Positions 63,155-64,000 of a DNA stretch of 64,000 bases are shown here, piece by piece. The position numbers were made by a program, and so were the translations under genes. Numbering within the stretch: position 1 is the stretch's first letter; every line of letters begins with the position of its first letter. A model generated the notes under the pieces. That model saw only the letters and a list, made by a program, of their open reading frames with translations, was not told where the DNA came from and did no database searches. This stretch comes from Zancudomyces culisetae HAW-14-8. Lineage: Eukaryota; Fungi; Kickxellomycota. The DNA lies in NCBI GenBank assembly GCA_052426225.1, contig JBNJNM010000013.1:1998246-2062245 (forward strand), read 5' to 3'.

Positions 63155-63166
63155 CAGTTCATGACA

Positions 63167-64000
63167 GATAGGGATAGGGATAGGGATAGGGATAGGGATA
63201 GGGATAGGGATAGGGATAGGGATAGGGATAGGGATAGGGATAGGGATAGGGATAGGGATAGGGTTAGGGATAGGGATAGGGATAGGGTTAGGGTTAGGGT
63301 TAGGGTTAGGGTTAGGGTTAGGGTTAGGGTTAGGGTTAGGGTTAGGGTTAGGGTTAGGGTTAGGGTTAGGGTTAGGGTTAGGGTTAGGGTTAGGGTTAGG
63401 GTTAGGGTTAGGGTTAGGGTTAGGGTTAGGGTTAGGGTTAGGGTTAGGGTTAGGGTTAGGGTTAGGGTTAGGGTTAGGGTTAGGGTTAGGGTTAGGGTTA
63501 GGGTTAGGGTTAGGGTTAGGGTTAGGGTTAGGGTTAGGGTTAGGGTTAGGGTTAGGGTTAGGGTTAGGGTTAGGGTTAGGGTTAGGGTTAGGGTTAGGGT
63601 TAGGGTTAGGGTTAGGGTTAGGGTTAGGGTTAGGGTTAGGGTTAGGGTTAGGGTTAGGGTTAGGGTTAGGGTTAGGGTTAGGGTTAGGGTTAGGGTTAGG
63701 GTTAGGGTTAGGGTTAGGGTTAGGGTTAGGGTTAGGGTTAGGGTTAGGGTTAGGGTTAGGGTTAGGGTTAGGGTTAGGGTTAGGGTTAGGGTTAGGGTTA
63801 GGGTTAGGGTTAGGGTTAGGGTTAGGGTTAGGGTTAGGGTTAGGGTTAGGGTTAGGGTTAGGGTTAGGGTTAGGGTTAGGGTTAGGGTTAGGGTTAGGGT
63901 TAGGGTTAGGGTTAGGGTTAGGGTTAGGGTTAGGGTTAGGGTTAGGGTTAGGGTTAGGGTTAGGGTTAGGGTTAGGGTTAGGGTTAGGGTTAGGGTTAGG
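63167..64000 (+). repeat. Telomere: proximal ATAGGG variants then (TTAGGG)n
   Basis: 16 x ATAGGG (63168-63263), 1 x TTAGGG, 3 x ATAGGG (63270-63287), then pure TTAGGG to the window end. The G-rich strand runs 5'->3' outward. Confidence 0.99.

Larger units (their letters stand above)
57455..63166 (-). mobile_element. Near-intact Ty3/Gypsy chromovirus (family A, Tf1/sushi-like)
   Basis: 412-bp LTRs at 57455-57866 and 62755-63166 (TG..CA, few differences), PPT at 57867-57878, gag and pol. Confidence 0.97.

Overview
This is the right-hand end of an AT-rich fungal chromosome, ending in a (TTAGGG)n telomere. The gene families and style suggest an early-diverging fungus such as Kickxellomycotina/Harpellales, but that is inference only. 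It has three zones. (1) 0.3-3.4 kb holds a prephenate dehydrogenase (TYR1) with a damaged 5' end and a broken RAD7 gene. (2) 4.8-40 kb is a gene-sparse subtelomeric cluster of secreted proteins: a mucin-like dumbbell protein, two Gly/Tyr-rich prepropeptides, seven members or relics of a small Cys-containing beta/gamma-crystallin-like family (one a promoter/signal-peptide chimera), and a Cys-rich orphan. It also has a fungal-specific transcription factor, a divergent cytochrome P450, MITEs and four ~700-bp TG..CA elements carrying a conserved micro-ORF. (3) 41-64 kb is a retroelement stack whose main elements all point towards the centromere: a decayed Penelope-like RT with no visible endonuclease, a tandem pair of degenerate chromoviruses sharing an LTR, and a near-intact chromovirus. 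The 5' LTR of that last element directly abuts variant (ATAGGG) and then canonical (TTAGGG) telomeric repeats.
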